Assembly: GCA_001871415.1 (NCBI GenBank)
Contig: MNWW01000029.1
Span: 1 to 36,050, forward strand
Source: Candidatus Woesearchaeota archaeon CG1_02_57_44
GTDB lineage: Archaea > Nanobdellota > Nanobdellia > Woesearchaeales > CG1-02-57-44
DNA: 36,050 nt
Reading direction: 5' to 3'
The notes under the pieces are model-generated. The model saw only the letters and a program-made list of their open reading frames with translations. It had not been told where the DNA came from and did not search any database. Below, piece after piece: positions 17,562 to 26,209 of the stretch; the first letter of the stretch is position 1; each line of letters opens with the position of its first letter. The translations under genes were made by a program, and so were the position numbers.

Positions 17562-18221
17562 TCAGGTGCTTGGCCCTGGCTCGCCGATACCTCGATGAGG
17601 CCAGGTTAGCTCTGCCTGATCCTCCTTCTCGGGCAGCATGCCCTTGAGGCCAAAGTAGGATTTAATGGCTTCCTGGAAACGGTACATGTCGCGATGCAGG
17701 TAGATCTTATGCTTCTCGATGACGGGTTTTATCATGCGGCCGCGGTAGTAGTTCATTATGTGGTATAACCAAGCGTGTTTCTCCCATTCTTCATTCGGGT
17801 CCATGACCAGGTTGGCGTTCATGAACACTTCTACATCTCCCCAGTTGGTGGGGAATTTCTGGCCATTGACCACTACCTCTGTGTCCTTGAGCAGGACGCA
17901 GTGGATGTCTATGTCCACCTGATACTGGAGGAATTTGCTGAACCCAGGGTCTTTCTTCAGGCGCCACCAGATCCATATCTCCTTGCCCGCGTGCTGTGTC
18001 TCCCGGGTCAGGTAGAATGTCTCATTGAAGTCCTCGTTCTCGCGTTTCTTATAGATATCTCCATGCCCGAATCCTTCCTCCACCATCCATTCATACATCA
18101 TCATGTAGAGGTGCTTCATGTGGAAGTAATCCTTGAAGCGCAGGCGGAATCTTGCCGCTTCCAGGCTCTTGTAGATGCCTTTGCCGGGAAGTTCCAGGTT
18201 GGTGCGAGGATCCGCTGCCAT
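17562..18221 (-). CDS. Hypothetical soluble protein (219 aa, aromatic-rich)
   Basis: Clean ORF with the strong GC3 codon bias of neighbouring genes, and a TATA-like TTATAAA (minus strand, 18251-18245) ~25-30 nt upstream. No family was recognised with confidence. Confidence 0.8.
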   Translation of the reverse strand: MAADPRTNLELPGKGIYKSLEAARFRLRFKDYFHMKHLYMMMYEWMVEEGFGHGDIYKKRENEDFNETFYLTRETQHAGKEIWIWWRLKKDPGFSKFLQYQVDIDIHCVLLKDTEVVVNGQKFPTNWGDVEVFMNANLVMDPNEEWEKHAWLYHIMNYYRGRMIKPVIEKHKIYLHRDMYRFQEAIKSYFGLKGMLPEKEDQAELTWPHRGIGEPGPST

Positions 18222-18363
18222 TGGTCTGTTTTTAGGGTTCGGGGTTTATAATAGTAGCGGTCGGCCTTTGCGATTGTCTACAAAAGGCGACGTGTACGAA
18301 GGTTCTACCACGAGAACAGGACCCTGGCAAAGTTTGCTGGTGTCTCAGACCCGGGTGTTTCTG

Positions 18364-18595
18364 CTATCTCTCTGGCACGATTATCCATGCGATGATATAG
18401 AGCAGCAGTCCAGGAAAAAAGCATGTGAAGATGGTATATGGCAGCGTAGATCAGTCTTACCACCACGGGATCCGCGTCCATGTACTCCGCGATACCTCCG
18501 CATACGCCGCCGAGCATGCGGTTCTTTCGTGAGCGGAAAAGCTGCTTTGTGCTGCTTTTTGCGCTGCTCTTTGGTTAGGCAACGGCAGACGTCAT
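18364..18595 (-). pseudogene. pspC: PspC-domain membrane protein gene disrupted by a premature TAA and a frameshift
   Basis: From ATG 18595 it reads MTSAVA*PKSSAKSSTKQLFRSRKNRMLGGVCGGIAEYMDADPVVVRLIYAAI, with TAA at 18577-18575. After a one-base shift near 18436 it continues TIFTCFFPGLLLYIIAWIIVPER* (TAG 18366-18364), the canonical PspC C-terminus. Confidence 0.8.
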
Positions 18596-18677
18596 TGATC
18601 TATTGTTTTTTGAGCCTAATGCCATGCCCAACGGTTATTGGCCAACATTTAAATATTCTGCGCTCATCGGCATTTTC

Positions 18678-19259
18678 ATGACACGCACTATCTCTAGCGC
18701 GAGGACAAGTGCTCCTGCCAGCACGTTTTTAGCCCTCAAGAAGGAATACCTGGCAGCAGACACCCAGCGTGAAAGCGTCATCCTGCAAGGTCGCAGGGTC
18801 ATCTCGGCCAGCAAGCGGGTCATACGTGACTGCTTGGGAGGAAGACAGGCAAACCTTGGTGAACTGGAAAGCGCGTTCAAATGCCTGCAGAAACTCGTAG
18901 GCTCCACGGGCATACCGCAGCCATCGTATCGCGCTGCTGCACAGGAATATTGCGAAGCCGTGTTTTTAGCAGCGTATGTGTCAGGCAAAGCGCTACCCGG
19001 GCATAAGATACTCGGTTGTGACGCTGAATCCTACATCCTTGGGTTGTGTGACCTGTCAGGCGAGATATTCCGCTATGCTGTGAATAGCGCGCTCGCCGGA
19101 GACTTTACGGTCATGGAGCGGGCGCGATTGTTCCTCGGGCAAGTCTATGACGAGCTCAGCGAGCTTCCGCTGCGCGGAGACGCCAGGCGCAAGTTCGACG
19201 GCATCAAGTACGATCTCAATAAGATGGACGACCATCTGCTGCGGAGGAAGTCTTCATGA
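18678..19259 (+). CDS. Translin/TRAX (C3PO) family protein
   Basis: Contains RESVILQGRRVISASKRVI, QEYCEA and YILGLCDLSGEIFRYAVN, retaining the TRAX-type acidic catalytic residues. A TATA-like TTTAAATA at 18648-18655 supports the start at ATG 18678. Confidence 0.88.
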   Translation: MTRTISSARTSAPASTFLALKKEYLAADTQRESVILQGRRVISASKRVIRDCLGGRQANLGELESAFKCLQKLVGSTGIPQPSYRAAAQEYCEAVFLAAYVSGKALPGHKILGCDAESYILGLCDLSGEIFRYAVNSALAGDFTVMERARLFLGQVYDELSELPLRGDARRKFDGIKYDLNKMDDHLLRRKSS

Positions 19260-19912
19260 GCCCGCGGAGCAACACACAGCGTCCTGCCCGGGAAGTACCC
19301 CTTAAGCGCAGCGGCAAGCGCTACAGAGGTGTCTACAAGGCAGTGCTCGGCATGGCCAAGGTCAATGCAAAGAGCCGCAGGGGTGGCCTCTTTATCATCG
19401 CACCGCAGGCTGCGCTCGCAGGAAAGTATCGGATGCTCTATACACGGATATTGCCAGAGATCAAAGTGATGGACGCTGGTGCCGCCGCGGTCATCGAGCA
19501 TCTCAGCACGCTTGATGGCGCGATCATTGTCTCAGACACAGGGACGCTGCTTGCCTATGGCGCCATGGTGCGAAAGACCAAAGCGCTGCGCGGGTTTGGT
19601 ACCAAGCATGCCGCGGCTGCGGGCGTCACCTCTGGTTGCAAGGGTTCCACGGCGATTCTTGTCCCAGAGCATGAGGACTGGATAAAAATCTTTCAGGACG
19701 GTCACATCGTTCTTGAGATGGACAGCGCGGCGCAACCAAAAAGTGTGGAAGATAAAGTGGTCTCGTTCCTAGCAGACCGCGATACCGCGCTGCTGACCGC
19801 GGCTGGAGCATCAGCAGCGATACTAGGCATCGGTCCTGCGCTGGTCATCGGCGGTACCTACCTTGCCATCAGAACCGCCACAGGACTTATCAAGAGGAAT
19901 ATCGCTAAGTAG
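19256..19912 (+). CDS. Stand-alone DisA_N/diadenylate cyclase (DAC)-domain protein with variant motifs and a hydrophobic C-terminal tail
   Basis: Contains GGLFII, LSTLDGAIIV and GFGTKHAAAAG (canonical GTRHR). The start overlaps the translin stop (ATGA). Confidence 0.82.
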   Translation: MSPRSNTQRPAREVPLKRSGKRYRGVYKAVLGMAKVNAKSRRGGLFIIAPQAALAGKYRMLYTRILPEIKVMDAGAAAVIEHLSTLDGAIIVSDTGTLLAYGAMVRKTKALRGFGTKHAAAAGVTSGCKGSTAILVPEHEDWIKIFQDGHIVLEMDSAAQPKSVEDKVVSFLADRDTALLTAAGASAAILGIGPALVIGGTYLAIRTATGLIKRNIAK

Positions 19913-20005
19913 TGCGACCTTGGTATCGCACTGGTGCGTTATTGGCGTGGTAGTGGCGCTGTTATCCGCAGCATGCGTTGGCAATGTATTCGATGGTGTT
20001 GATGG

Positions 20006-21280
20006 ATGGGTACGAATCAAAAGAAACAGGGGTGGTTGGCACAGTCTGGCGGGCGCACCAGCGCAAGCTTGGCTGGGAAGAAAGGTCTTAATAGCGCATC
20101 GCTGGAGCGCGAGGTCGTATCCTGTCTGCAGGACTTGATCCGGATACCAAGCCCCTTGGGCAATGAGATAGCAGTAGCGGACTATCTTGTCCCCTTGCTC
20201 AGGCAGGCTGGATTTTCTGTCCGTATGGTTGCTGCAGACAAGAGCCGGCCAAATATCATCGCGTCCCGTGGCAAAGGTCCTGAGCTCGCTCTTTGCTGTC
20301 ACATGGATACTGTTCCGGCAGGGGATGGCTGGACCCTCGCGCCTTTCAGCGGACAGCGGAAGGCGGGAAAGGTCTATGGCCGCGGTGCCGTGGACAATAA
20401 GGGACCGCTTGCAGCAACGCTCATCGCGGGGTCGCGCACGGCATTTCCGGGCAAGCTGACGCTTGTGTTCTTTGCTGAAGAGGAGACTGGCAGCGCGCTT
20501 GGTATGCAAGTGGTATCAACGGTACTCAAACCCCGATTGGCGCTCATCCCTGACATCGGCGGTGAGATGCGCCATATCGCGGTAGGGGAAAAAGGGCTTT
20601 TGTTCGTCAAGGTCGCCAGCATAGGCAAGCAAGCGCATGGCAGCAGCCCGCACCAGGGTGTCAATGCTATTGATGGGATGATGTTGTTTCTTTCAGAGCT
20701 TCGGGCACTGCAGGGCGCAAAAGGCCAAGGCCCCTGCGGGAGCATGGCGACCATTTCTTCCTCTACCAGGCGCCTTTTCAGCGCGCCCACCTGCAACCTC
20801 GGGATTATCAAAGGAGGGTCATTACCGAATATGGTCCCTGGCATGGCTGAGGCGACCCTTGATTTCCGCTATCTGCCTGGCCAGAGCAGGCAAGGGATCA
20901 TAGCGATGCTGCGGGCGGCGGGAGTTTCCGCGAAACGCAAGGGCGCGAAGACGCGATTCGGCTATACGGTCCTTTCAGACCAGCGGCCAGTGCTCTATGA
21001 CAGCAAGGTCGCGCAGGCAGCAACTGACATCATCGTGAAAGAGACCCGCAGGGTCACGGGTCGCACAGCAACGCTCAAGGGACTGTCAGGCAGCACGGTC
21101 GGCAAGTTCCTTGGACACGCTGGCGTTCCTGTTTTGGGCATCGGCTGCGGCAAATCCCCTCAGATGCACGCCGCTGATGAGCACATCGCGGTCCGTGAGT
21201 TGGTGCTGTTCACAAGACTCACACAGGCAATCATCAATGGAATAGGAGAACAATGGGGACAACAGAATATCAGGGTGTGA
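20006..21280 (+). CDS. M20 family metallopeptidase/deacylase (ArgE/DapE-like)
   Basis: Contains CHMDTVP, YGRGAVDNKG, AEEETGS, GKQAHGSSPHQGVNAI and QMHAADEHI. Confidence 0.9.
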   Translation: MGTNQKKQGWLAQSGGRTSASLAGKKGLNSASLEREVVSCLQDLIRIPSPLGNEIAVADYLVPLLRQAGFSVRMVAADKSRPNIIASRGKGPELALCCHMDTVPAGDGWTLAPFSGQRKAGKVYGRGAVDNKGPLAATLIAGSRTAFPGKLTLVFFAEEETGSALGMQVVSTVLKPRLALIPDIGGEMRHIAVGEKGLLFVKVASIGKQAHGSSPHQGVNAIDGMMLFLSELRALQGAKGQGPCGSMATISSSTRRLFSAPTCNLGIIKGGSLPNMVPGMAEATLDFRYLPGQSRQGIIAMLRAAGVSAKRKGAKTRFGYTVLSDQRPVLYDSKVAQAATDIIVKETRRVTGRTATLKGLSGSTVGKFLGHAGVPVLGIGCGKSPQMHAADEHIAVRELVLFTRLTQAIINGIGEQWGQQNIRV

Positions 21281-21957
21281 GGATATCAATGCTCGGGCAT
21301 GCGAGCGCGCTGCTTGAGGCGGGCGGCAAACGTGTGCTCATAGACCCCTTCAAGCTGAATACCGTTTCTACAGAACCTGCTGATCTCTCTAGGGGTCATG
21401 GCGCTGGGGGCTGGGCCGGCGGCCACGCTGATGTGGTCTTTGTCACGCACGAGCACTACGATCACTGCAGTATCGAGGATCTGCAGCAGGCCTGCGGGAA
21501 GGACACTATCGTGGTGACCGTTGTCGGCTGCCAGAGCAAGCTCATGCAGAACATCGACGCGAAGACGTTCCTTGTGGTCGCGCCAGGCGACTCTGGCAAG
21601 GTAGCAGATACGGGCATTGGGTTTGAGGCAGTTGCCGCCTACAATACCAACAAGCAGTTTCATCCACGCGAGAATGAGTGGGCTGGTTTTGTGGTTACTA
21701 TCAATGGCGTGAGGGTCTATCACGCTGGCGATACTGATCTGATATCTGAAATGGGCAGCGTGCAATGTGATGTGGCTTTGTTACCGGTCTCCGGCACCTA
21801 TGTCATGACCGCGGAAGAGGCGGCGCGGGCAGCGGGAGTCGTTGGATGCAAGCTGGCTATACCCATGCATTATGGTGGTATTGTCGGCACTATCGCTGAC
21901 GCGCAGCGGTTCATCGCACTATTGCCGCAGGGCGTCGCGGGAAGGATACTGGAATAG
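21253..21957 (+). CDS. MBL-fold metallo-hydrolase (UPF0173-like)
   Basis: Contains LGHAS, LIDPF, THEHYDH, YHAGDT and IPMHYG. Confidence 0.92.
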   Translation: MGTTEYQGVRISMLGHASALLEAGGKRVLIDPFKLNTVSTEPADLSRGHGAGGWAGGHADVVFVTHEHYDHCSIEDLQQACGKDTIVVTVVGCQSKLMQNIDAKTFLVVAPGDSGKVADTGIGFEAVAAYNTNKQFHPRENEWAGFVVTINGVRVYHAGDTDLISEMGSVQCDVALLPVSGTYVMTAEEAARAAGVVGCKLAIPMHYGGIVGTIADAQRFIALLPQGVAGRILE

Positions 21958-22250
21958 AATTGTTGGTTCCTGGCGCCACATTCTGCATCTTGCGATGGTC
22001 AAGCCATGAAGCTTCTGCGCATGAATGCTCAAGCATAGGGACTTGACGCTGACGTCTGCGTCGCAGCAGCGCTGAGGGAAGCGTCGAGCATCAATAACGT
22101 GCTCCGCATCTTCGGCCGCGCTTTGCTCTGCCATCGCCTTGCGCGAGGGGGCGGGACACCTCAATGGATGTTCCCGGCTTCTCCGGTCATCCTGTCTGTC
22201 CATTGGAAACATTTATATATGGCATCTGGCGGTAATCATGGCTGTAAACC

Positions 22251-22835
22251 ATGGCATCCATGTTTCGCGAGGTTATTGTCTTTTTCGGGGATTTAGGAAT
22301 CTATGATGTTGTCCTGCCCTTCCTGCTTGTCTTCACCATCATGTTCGCGGTGCTCGAGAAGAGCAAGATACTAGGCATGGAACACATGTCGGACGGTAGC
22401 AAGGTCACCAAGAAGAACCTGAACAGCATGGTCGCGTTCGTGGTCGCGTTCTTCGTTGTCGCCTCCAGCCAGCTCGTCGGTATACTCAATGAGGCGCTTG
22501 GCAACATCGTCATTGTCATGATGGTCTCGGTCAGCTTTCTGTTGCTCATCGGCACATTCTACTCTGATGATGAAGAAGTGTTCCTGCAGGATGCCTGGCG
22601 AAAACTGTTCATGGTGCTCATGTTCATCGGTGTTCTGCTCATCTTCCTGCACGCGGTCAAGACCTCTGACGGAACGCCATGGCTAGAGTGGTTCTGGGAC
22701 TGGCTGGTCGGCAACTGGGACTCCACAGCAGCGTCCAGCATCATCATGATTGTCGTGCTTATCGCAATCCTCTATTACATCACCAAGGACAATAAGCCTA
22801 GAGTCGCTGTCAAGGCTCCTGCCAAGAAGGAGTGA
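22251..22835 (+). CDS. Multi-pass membrane protein of unknown function, paralog 1 of 3
   Basis: About five hydrophobic segments and the motif LPFLLVFTIMFAVLEKSKILG...KKNLN. A TATA-like TTTATATA lies at 22212-22219. Confidence 0.85.
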   Translation: MASMFREVIVFFGDLGIYDVVLPFLLVFTIMFAVLEKSKILGMEHMSDGSKVTKKNLNSMVAFVVAFFVVASSQLVGILNEALGNIVIVMMVSVSFLLLIGTFYSDDEEVFLQDAWRKLFMVLMFIGVLLIFLHAVKTSDGTPWLEWFWDWLVGNWDSTAASSIIMIVVLIAILYYITKDNKPRVAVKAPAKKE

Positions 22836-23023
22836 ACTTTTTGCTTTCTGGATAGCCTGTATACTAGTGCCTCGCAGCATTCGTTTCTGAGCGCCACTCC
22901 AGGATCATCGGGGTGCTTGGGGCTGGTGTGGGCTGTCATGGCCCTGCAGGTGGCAGGTGCTGACAAGAGTTAAATATATATACCAGTAAACACGAAGGGA
23001 CATCATAGCAGGAGGTATCACCC

Positions 23024-23623
23024 ATGGTATACAACTTTTCAGACTTTTTTCAGTTTCTTGACCGAATCGGCGTGCTGTATGTTCTTGTACCGTTCTTCCT
23101 CATCTTCACCATTGTTTTTGCGATACTGCAGAAGACAAACATCCTGGGGGAGCATAAGAAGAACCTGAATGTCATCCTTTCGCTCATCCTGGCGCTGGCG
23201 GTCGTCATTCCCCATGTCACTGGCGCGTATCCCCCGGGTGGTGATGTCGTCAACATCATCAACGGCGCGCTGCCAGGGGTTTCACTGGTGCTCGTGCTCA
23301 TCATCTGCACTCTGCTGTTGCTGGGTATCTTCGGCATCGACCTGAAATGGATGCCGTTTCCGGGAGGTATCCTGAGCCTGGTCGCGGCGCTCGTGGTCAT
23401 CGCAATCTTCGGCTACAGCGCTGGCTGGTGGTGGGGCGGCGGGTTGCCATCAACGCTCTCTTGGCTCGATGACCCTGACGTGCAGGCGCTCGTGCTCATC
23501 ATCCTGGTGTTCGCTATCGTCATCGGCTATATCACACGCGAACCAGGAGACAAGGAAGCCGCCAAGACCCAAAAGAATTTCATGGAGTCATTCGGCAGGA
23601 TGTTCGGCGGCGGAGAGAAGTAG
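23024..23623 (+). CDS. Multi-pass membrane protein of unknown function, paralog 2 of 3
   Basis: Motif VPFFLIFTIVFAILQKTNILG...KKNLN. An SD-like GGAGGT lies just upstream and an AT-rich TATA-like box is at ~22970-22982. Confidence 0.88.
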   Translation: MVYNFSDFFQFLDRIGVLYVLVPFFLIFTIVFAILQKTNILGEHKKNLNVILSLILALAVVIPHVTGAYPPGGDVVNIINGALPGVSLVLVLIICTLLLLGIFGIDLKWMPFPGGILSLVAALVVIAIFGYSAGWWWGGGLPSTLSWLDDPDVQALVLIILVFAIVIGYITREPGDKEAAKTQKNFMESFGRMFGGGEK

Positions 23624-23625
23624 CC

Positions 23626-24216
23626 ATGGCCAGTTTCCTGGACCTGTCGCTGTTTTCCCATTTTCATATTATTTTTACCTTTCTTCTTGTGCTAGTGGTC
23701 ATGATAGGCGTTCTCACACACTACAAGCCTTTTGGCGATAAGTTCCCTGGCTACTGGGTCATCGCAGCGGTCGTCGCCTTCTTCACACTCTATTCCCCGA
23801 CCGTTGTTGGTACCATCACCAACATGGCCCCTTGGTTTGTCATGATACTCATGTTCTTCGTGTTCCTCATCATCACCTACAACCTGCTCGGTGTGGAGAT
23901 GGACTGGATAGGCCAGCACGTCACTGCGACGAGCGGCCTGAAATGGGCAGTGTTCATCATCGCGGTCATCCTATTCATCATGAGCATCTCCGGCAGTGTC
24001 GGCCCGAAGCTCGCGAAAGGTGAAGTTTCCGGCACATCTGATAACATCGGATCGGTCATCTACAATGATGGCACGGTAGCGACGACGCAATCTCAGGATT
24101 TCAGCCAGAACGTCTATGCCTTCTTTTTTCACCCAAAAGTGCTGGGCATGCTCTTCATCATGATACTCGCCATCGCGACGGTGGGATTGATGAGCTCGCA
24201 GAAAGGCGCGATGTAG
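23626..24216 (+). CDS. Multi-pass membrane protein of unknown function, more divergent paralog 3 of 3
   Basis: FTFLLVLVVMIGVLTHYKPFG...VIAAVVAFF aligns with the paralog motif. It starts 2 nt after the previous stop. Confidence 0.82.
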   Translation: MASFLDLSLFSHFHIIFTFLLVLVVMIGVLTHYKPFGDKFPGYWVIAAVVAFFTLYSPTVVGTITNMAPWFVMILMFFVFLIITYNLLGVEMDWIGQHVTATSGLKWAVFIIAVILFIMSISGSVGPKLAKGEVSGTSDNIGSVIYNDGTVATTQSQDFSQNVYAFFFHPKVLGMLFIMILAIATVGLMSSQKGAM

Positions 24217-24397
24217 AAGGGTGTCCGCGGTCTCTCTGCTCAGCGTTGCTCTGCGTTCTCGGCAATTCCGTTCTCGCCAATTCACTTCTCTATGTCATGG
24301 CCTGTTCCATCTTGGCTCTGGCGGTATAGAACGTAGTATCGTACAGGGCTCCGTTTGCTCATAGTAGTCTACTGGGCATAGAATCTACTGGGTTCTA

Positions 24398-25111
24398 TTA
24401 GAGCCTTCCCGCGAGGTCTCCTGGCTGGGGTCTGCGGGTCGCTGACGGAGAGTTGTCTGGTTGCCTGCTGCCGGTATCTGGCTTGATGCCCTTCATCTCG
24501 CTGGTCAGGCGGGAGAGCTCGTTGATGTTCTCGGTGAACGTCGGCAGGACTTTCTGGAAGACCTTTTCCATGGCCTTTATCTCCGTTCCCACATTGGTGA
24601 TGTTCTGGTCGTATTCAGAGATCTTGCCCAGAATCGCCTTATGCAGGTCAGTGAACTCTGATTTCAGGTCATTCATCTCCTGTTCGAGCTGCGCGAGCTT
24701 CTGGTCTACTTTTGATTTCCATTCGATTATCTTGTTGATGTTCTTGACCAGCTCGTTCCACTTCTCCTCGATAACAGCCTCGACGAGCTCTTCGATATGC
24801 GTGCCGGAAAAGCCAGGATCCTGGCTCATGCCCTGGCCCATCATCGTGCCCATGCCCTGGCTTTGTGGTGGACCCTGCATGGGTGGGCTTGCTGGCGGTG
24901 ACTGCGGCATGGGATTCTCTATTCCCTGCGGCGAGAAATCATCACCATACTGGCCGGAGACACCAGATTGCATGTCGGCCTGGTTCATTGCGTCAAAGAC
25001 GTCTTGGGGAGAGAAACCCTGCTGCTGCAGGTTATGGATTATCTGATTCGGAGAGACACCCTGGCTTCGCATCTGCATCACCAGGTCGGTTGCTGAACCA
25101 GGAGGGGCCAT
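24398..25111 (-). CDS. Hypothetical protein: N-terminal helical module, P/Q/G/M-rich linker, C-terminal coiled coil
   Basis: Contains MRSQGVSPNQIIHNLQQQGFSPQDVFDAM and a heptad-patterned IEELVEAVIEEKWNEL...LAQLEQEMNDLKSEF. A TATA-like TTTAAAAA (minus strand) lies at 25141-25134. Confidence 0.85.
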   Translation of the reverse strand: MAPPGSATDLVMQMRSQGVSPNQIIHNLQQQGFSPQDVFDAMNQADMQSGVSGQYGDDFSPQGIENPMPQSPPASPPMQGPPQSQGMGTMMGQGMSQDPGFSGTHIEELVEAVIEEKWNELVKNINKIIEWKSKVDQKLAQLEQEMNDLKSEFTDLHKAILGKISEYDQNITNVGTEIKAMEKVFQKVLPTFTENINELSRLTSEMKGIKPDTGSRQPDNSPSATRRPQPGDLAGRL

Positions 25112-25209
25112 GGAGTATTTTGGGTGCCCAGTGTTTTTAAAGGTTTCTCCCTAAAACAGTGATTGGCCAGGCAAAGAACTGTTGATTGCAGCGCGTTGTG
25201 GCGTGTATG

Positions 25210-25734
25210 CTACTCCTGTCCTGCTGTTGGGGATTCCTGGGATGCCTTATGCTCAGCGGTGATTCTCCGGGCTATCCTCTCCGCCTCTTCATAGCTCACA
25301 AAGCTTGTCGGGTCCCAGAGCGAGAGGTACTTGTCGAGGACCTGGATCTCCGAACGCCTGGCGCATCCCGCCAGCTCCTTGAGGATCAGCGTCGCTGTCT
25401 GGCGCAGTTGGGCAAGCTCGCGCTTGGCGTCCGTAAAACCTTCTCGGATTATCTTGATATCGCCGCCCAGTTTCTTGTGGCTGGAAAGCAGGTTCTCGTC
25501 TATGACCTGCAGCCTGCGCCGCAGGTTGATGTAGCGCTCTTCCAGGACTCTCAGGCGCCTGCTCACGCTGTTTATCTCTTCCTGCAGGGGATTGGCTGAG
25601 GGCGCGGCAGGGGTCCCTCTCGGTTGTTTTGCCTGCTTCTGCGCTCTTCCCTGCTTCTGGGCTCCTGGCAGTGATGGTATGCCTTGCGGTCCGAGAGGGG
25701 AAGGCGCTGTCGAATCCTGGCTGGTGAGCTGCAT
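25210..25734 (-). CDS. Hypothetical coiled-coil protein
   Basis: Contains INSVSRRLRVLEERYINLRRRLQVIDENLL...LDKYLSLWDPTSFV. The start is moved to ATG 25734 because a TATA-like TTTTTATA lies ~25-30 nt upstream and the longer ORF runs through a promoter and the RHH gene. Confidence 0.8.
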   Translation of the reverse strand: MQLTSQDSTAPSPLGPQGIPSLPGAQKQGRAQKQAKQPRGTPAAPSANPLQEEINSVSRRLRVLEERYINLRRRLQVIDENLLSSHKKLGGDIKIIREGFTDAKRELAQLRQTATLILKELAGCARRSEIQVLDKYLSLWDPTSFVSYEEAERIARRITAEHKASQESPTAGQE

Positions 25735-25754
25735 GGGTGGTTCTTGGGAAGGGA

Positions 25755-25946
25755 TGTATAAAAAGTTACCCACTGGGGTCCCTGTAGCTTGATCGCATTG
25801 TGCGGTGGTGTCGATGTCAGCGACCGAAACCATTATAAGGTGAATATGATAAAATACAGTTGATGGCAGGAAATACTCTTCATCATATAAAATATATTTT
25901 CTCATATGTACGGGGCTTGCTGCGCGAGCTTCGCTTTGCGGAGGTG
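25755..25946. promoter_or_regulatory. Divergent promoter region with candidate RHH operator sites
   Basis: AT-rich, with palindrome AAAATATATTTT at 25889-25900 and an ATATGAT (25844-25850) / ATCATAT (25882-25888) inverted pair. A further TCATAT is at 25902-25907 and SD GGAGGTG at 25940-25946. Confidence 0.55.
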
Positions 25947-25957
25947 GCTGGGCAGCC

Positions 25958-26107
25958 ATGAAAAAGCCGCTCTCTGCCACGGTCGACGCGTCGCTCGTCA
26001 GCTGGATAGACAAGAAGCTCAAGGGCAGCCCGCGCTTTCGCAACCGCAGCCACCTGGTGGAGACAGCGCTTCGCAAGTTCATCGACGACTATCAGGAGGA
26101 GTCCTGA
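25958..26107 (+). CDS. Ribbon-helix-helix (CopG/NikR-like) transcriptional regulator, 49 aa, absent from the ORF track
   Basis: Translates as MKKPLSATVDASLVSWIDKKLKGSPRFRNRSHLVETALRKFIDDYQEES: an alternating beta strand, a helix, then a F-x-N-R-S-x-h-h-x-x-A-L second helix. SD GGAGGTG lies upstream. Confidence 0.85.
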   Translation: MKKPLSATVDASLVSWIDKKLKGSPRFRNRSHLVETALRKFIDDYQEES

Positions 26108-26209
26108 TGGTCGTCCTACGACGTATGGACCCTGGTGGTACTGCTCTCTGCGGTATCAACTCTTCTTGCATTCTGGGTATTGCAGGTGTCACCCCGGAGG
26201 CTGACCGCC

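Noticed and set aside
24360..24397. TCTACT-containing short repeat resembling a Cas12-type CRISPR repeat end
   Set aside because: Only two 9-bp copies 16 bp apart, with no spacers and no cas genes.
25735..26082. Long N-terminus of the 290-aa ORF 25210..26082
   Set aside because: It runs through an AT-rich promoter and antisense to the RHH gene; the TATA position supports ATG 25734.
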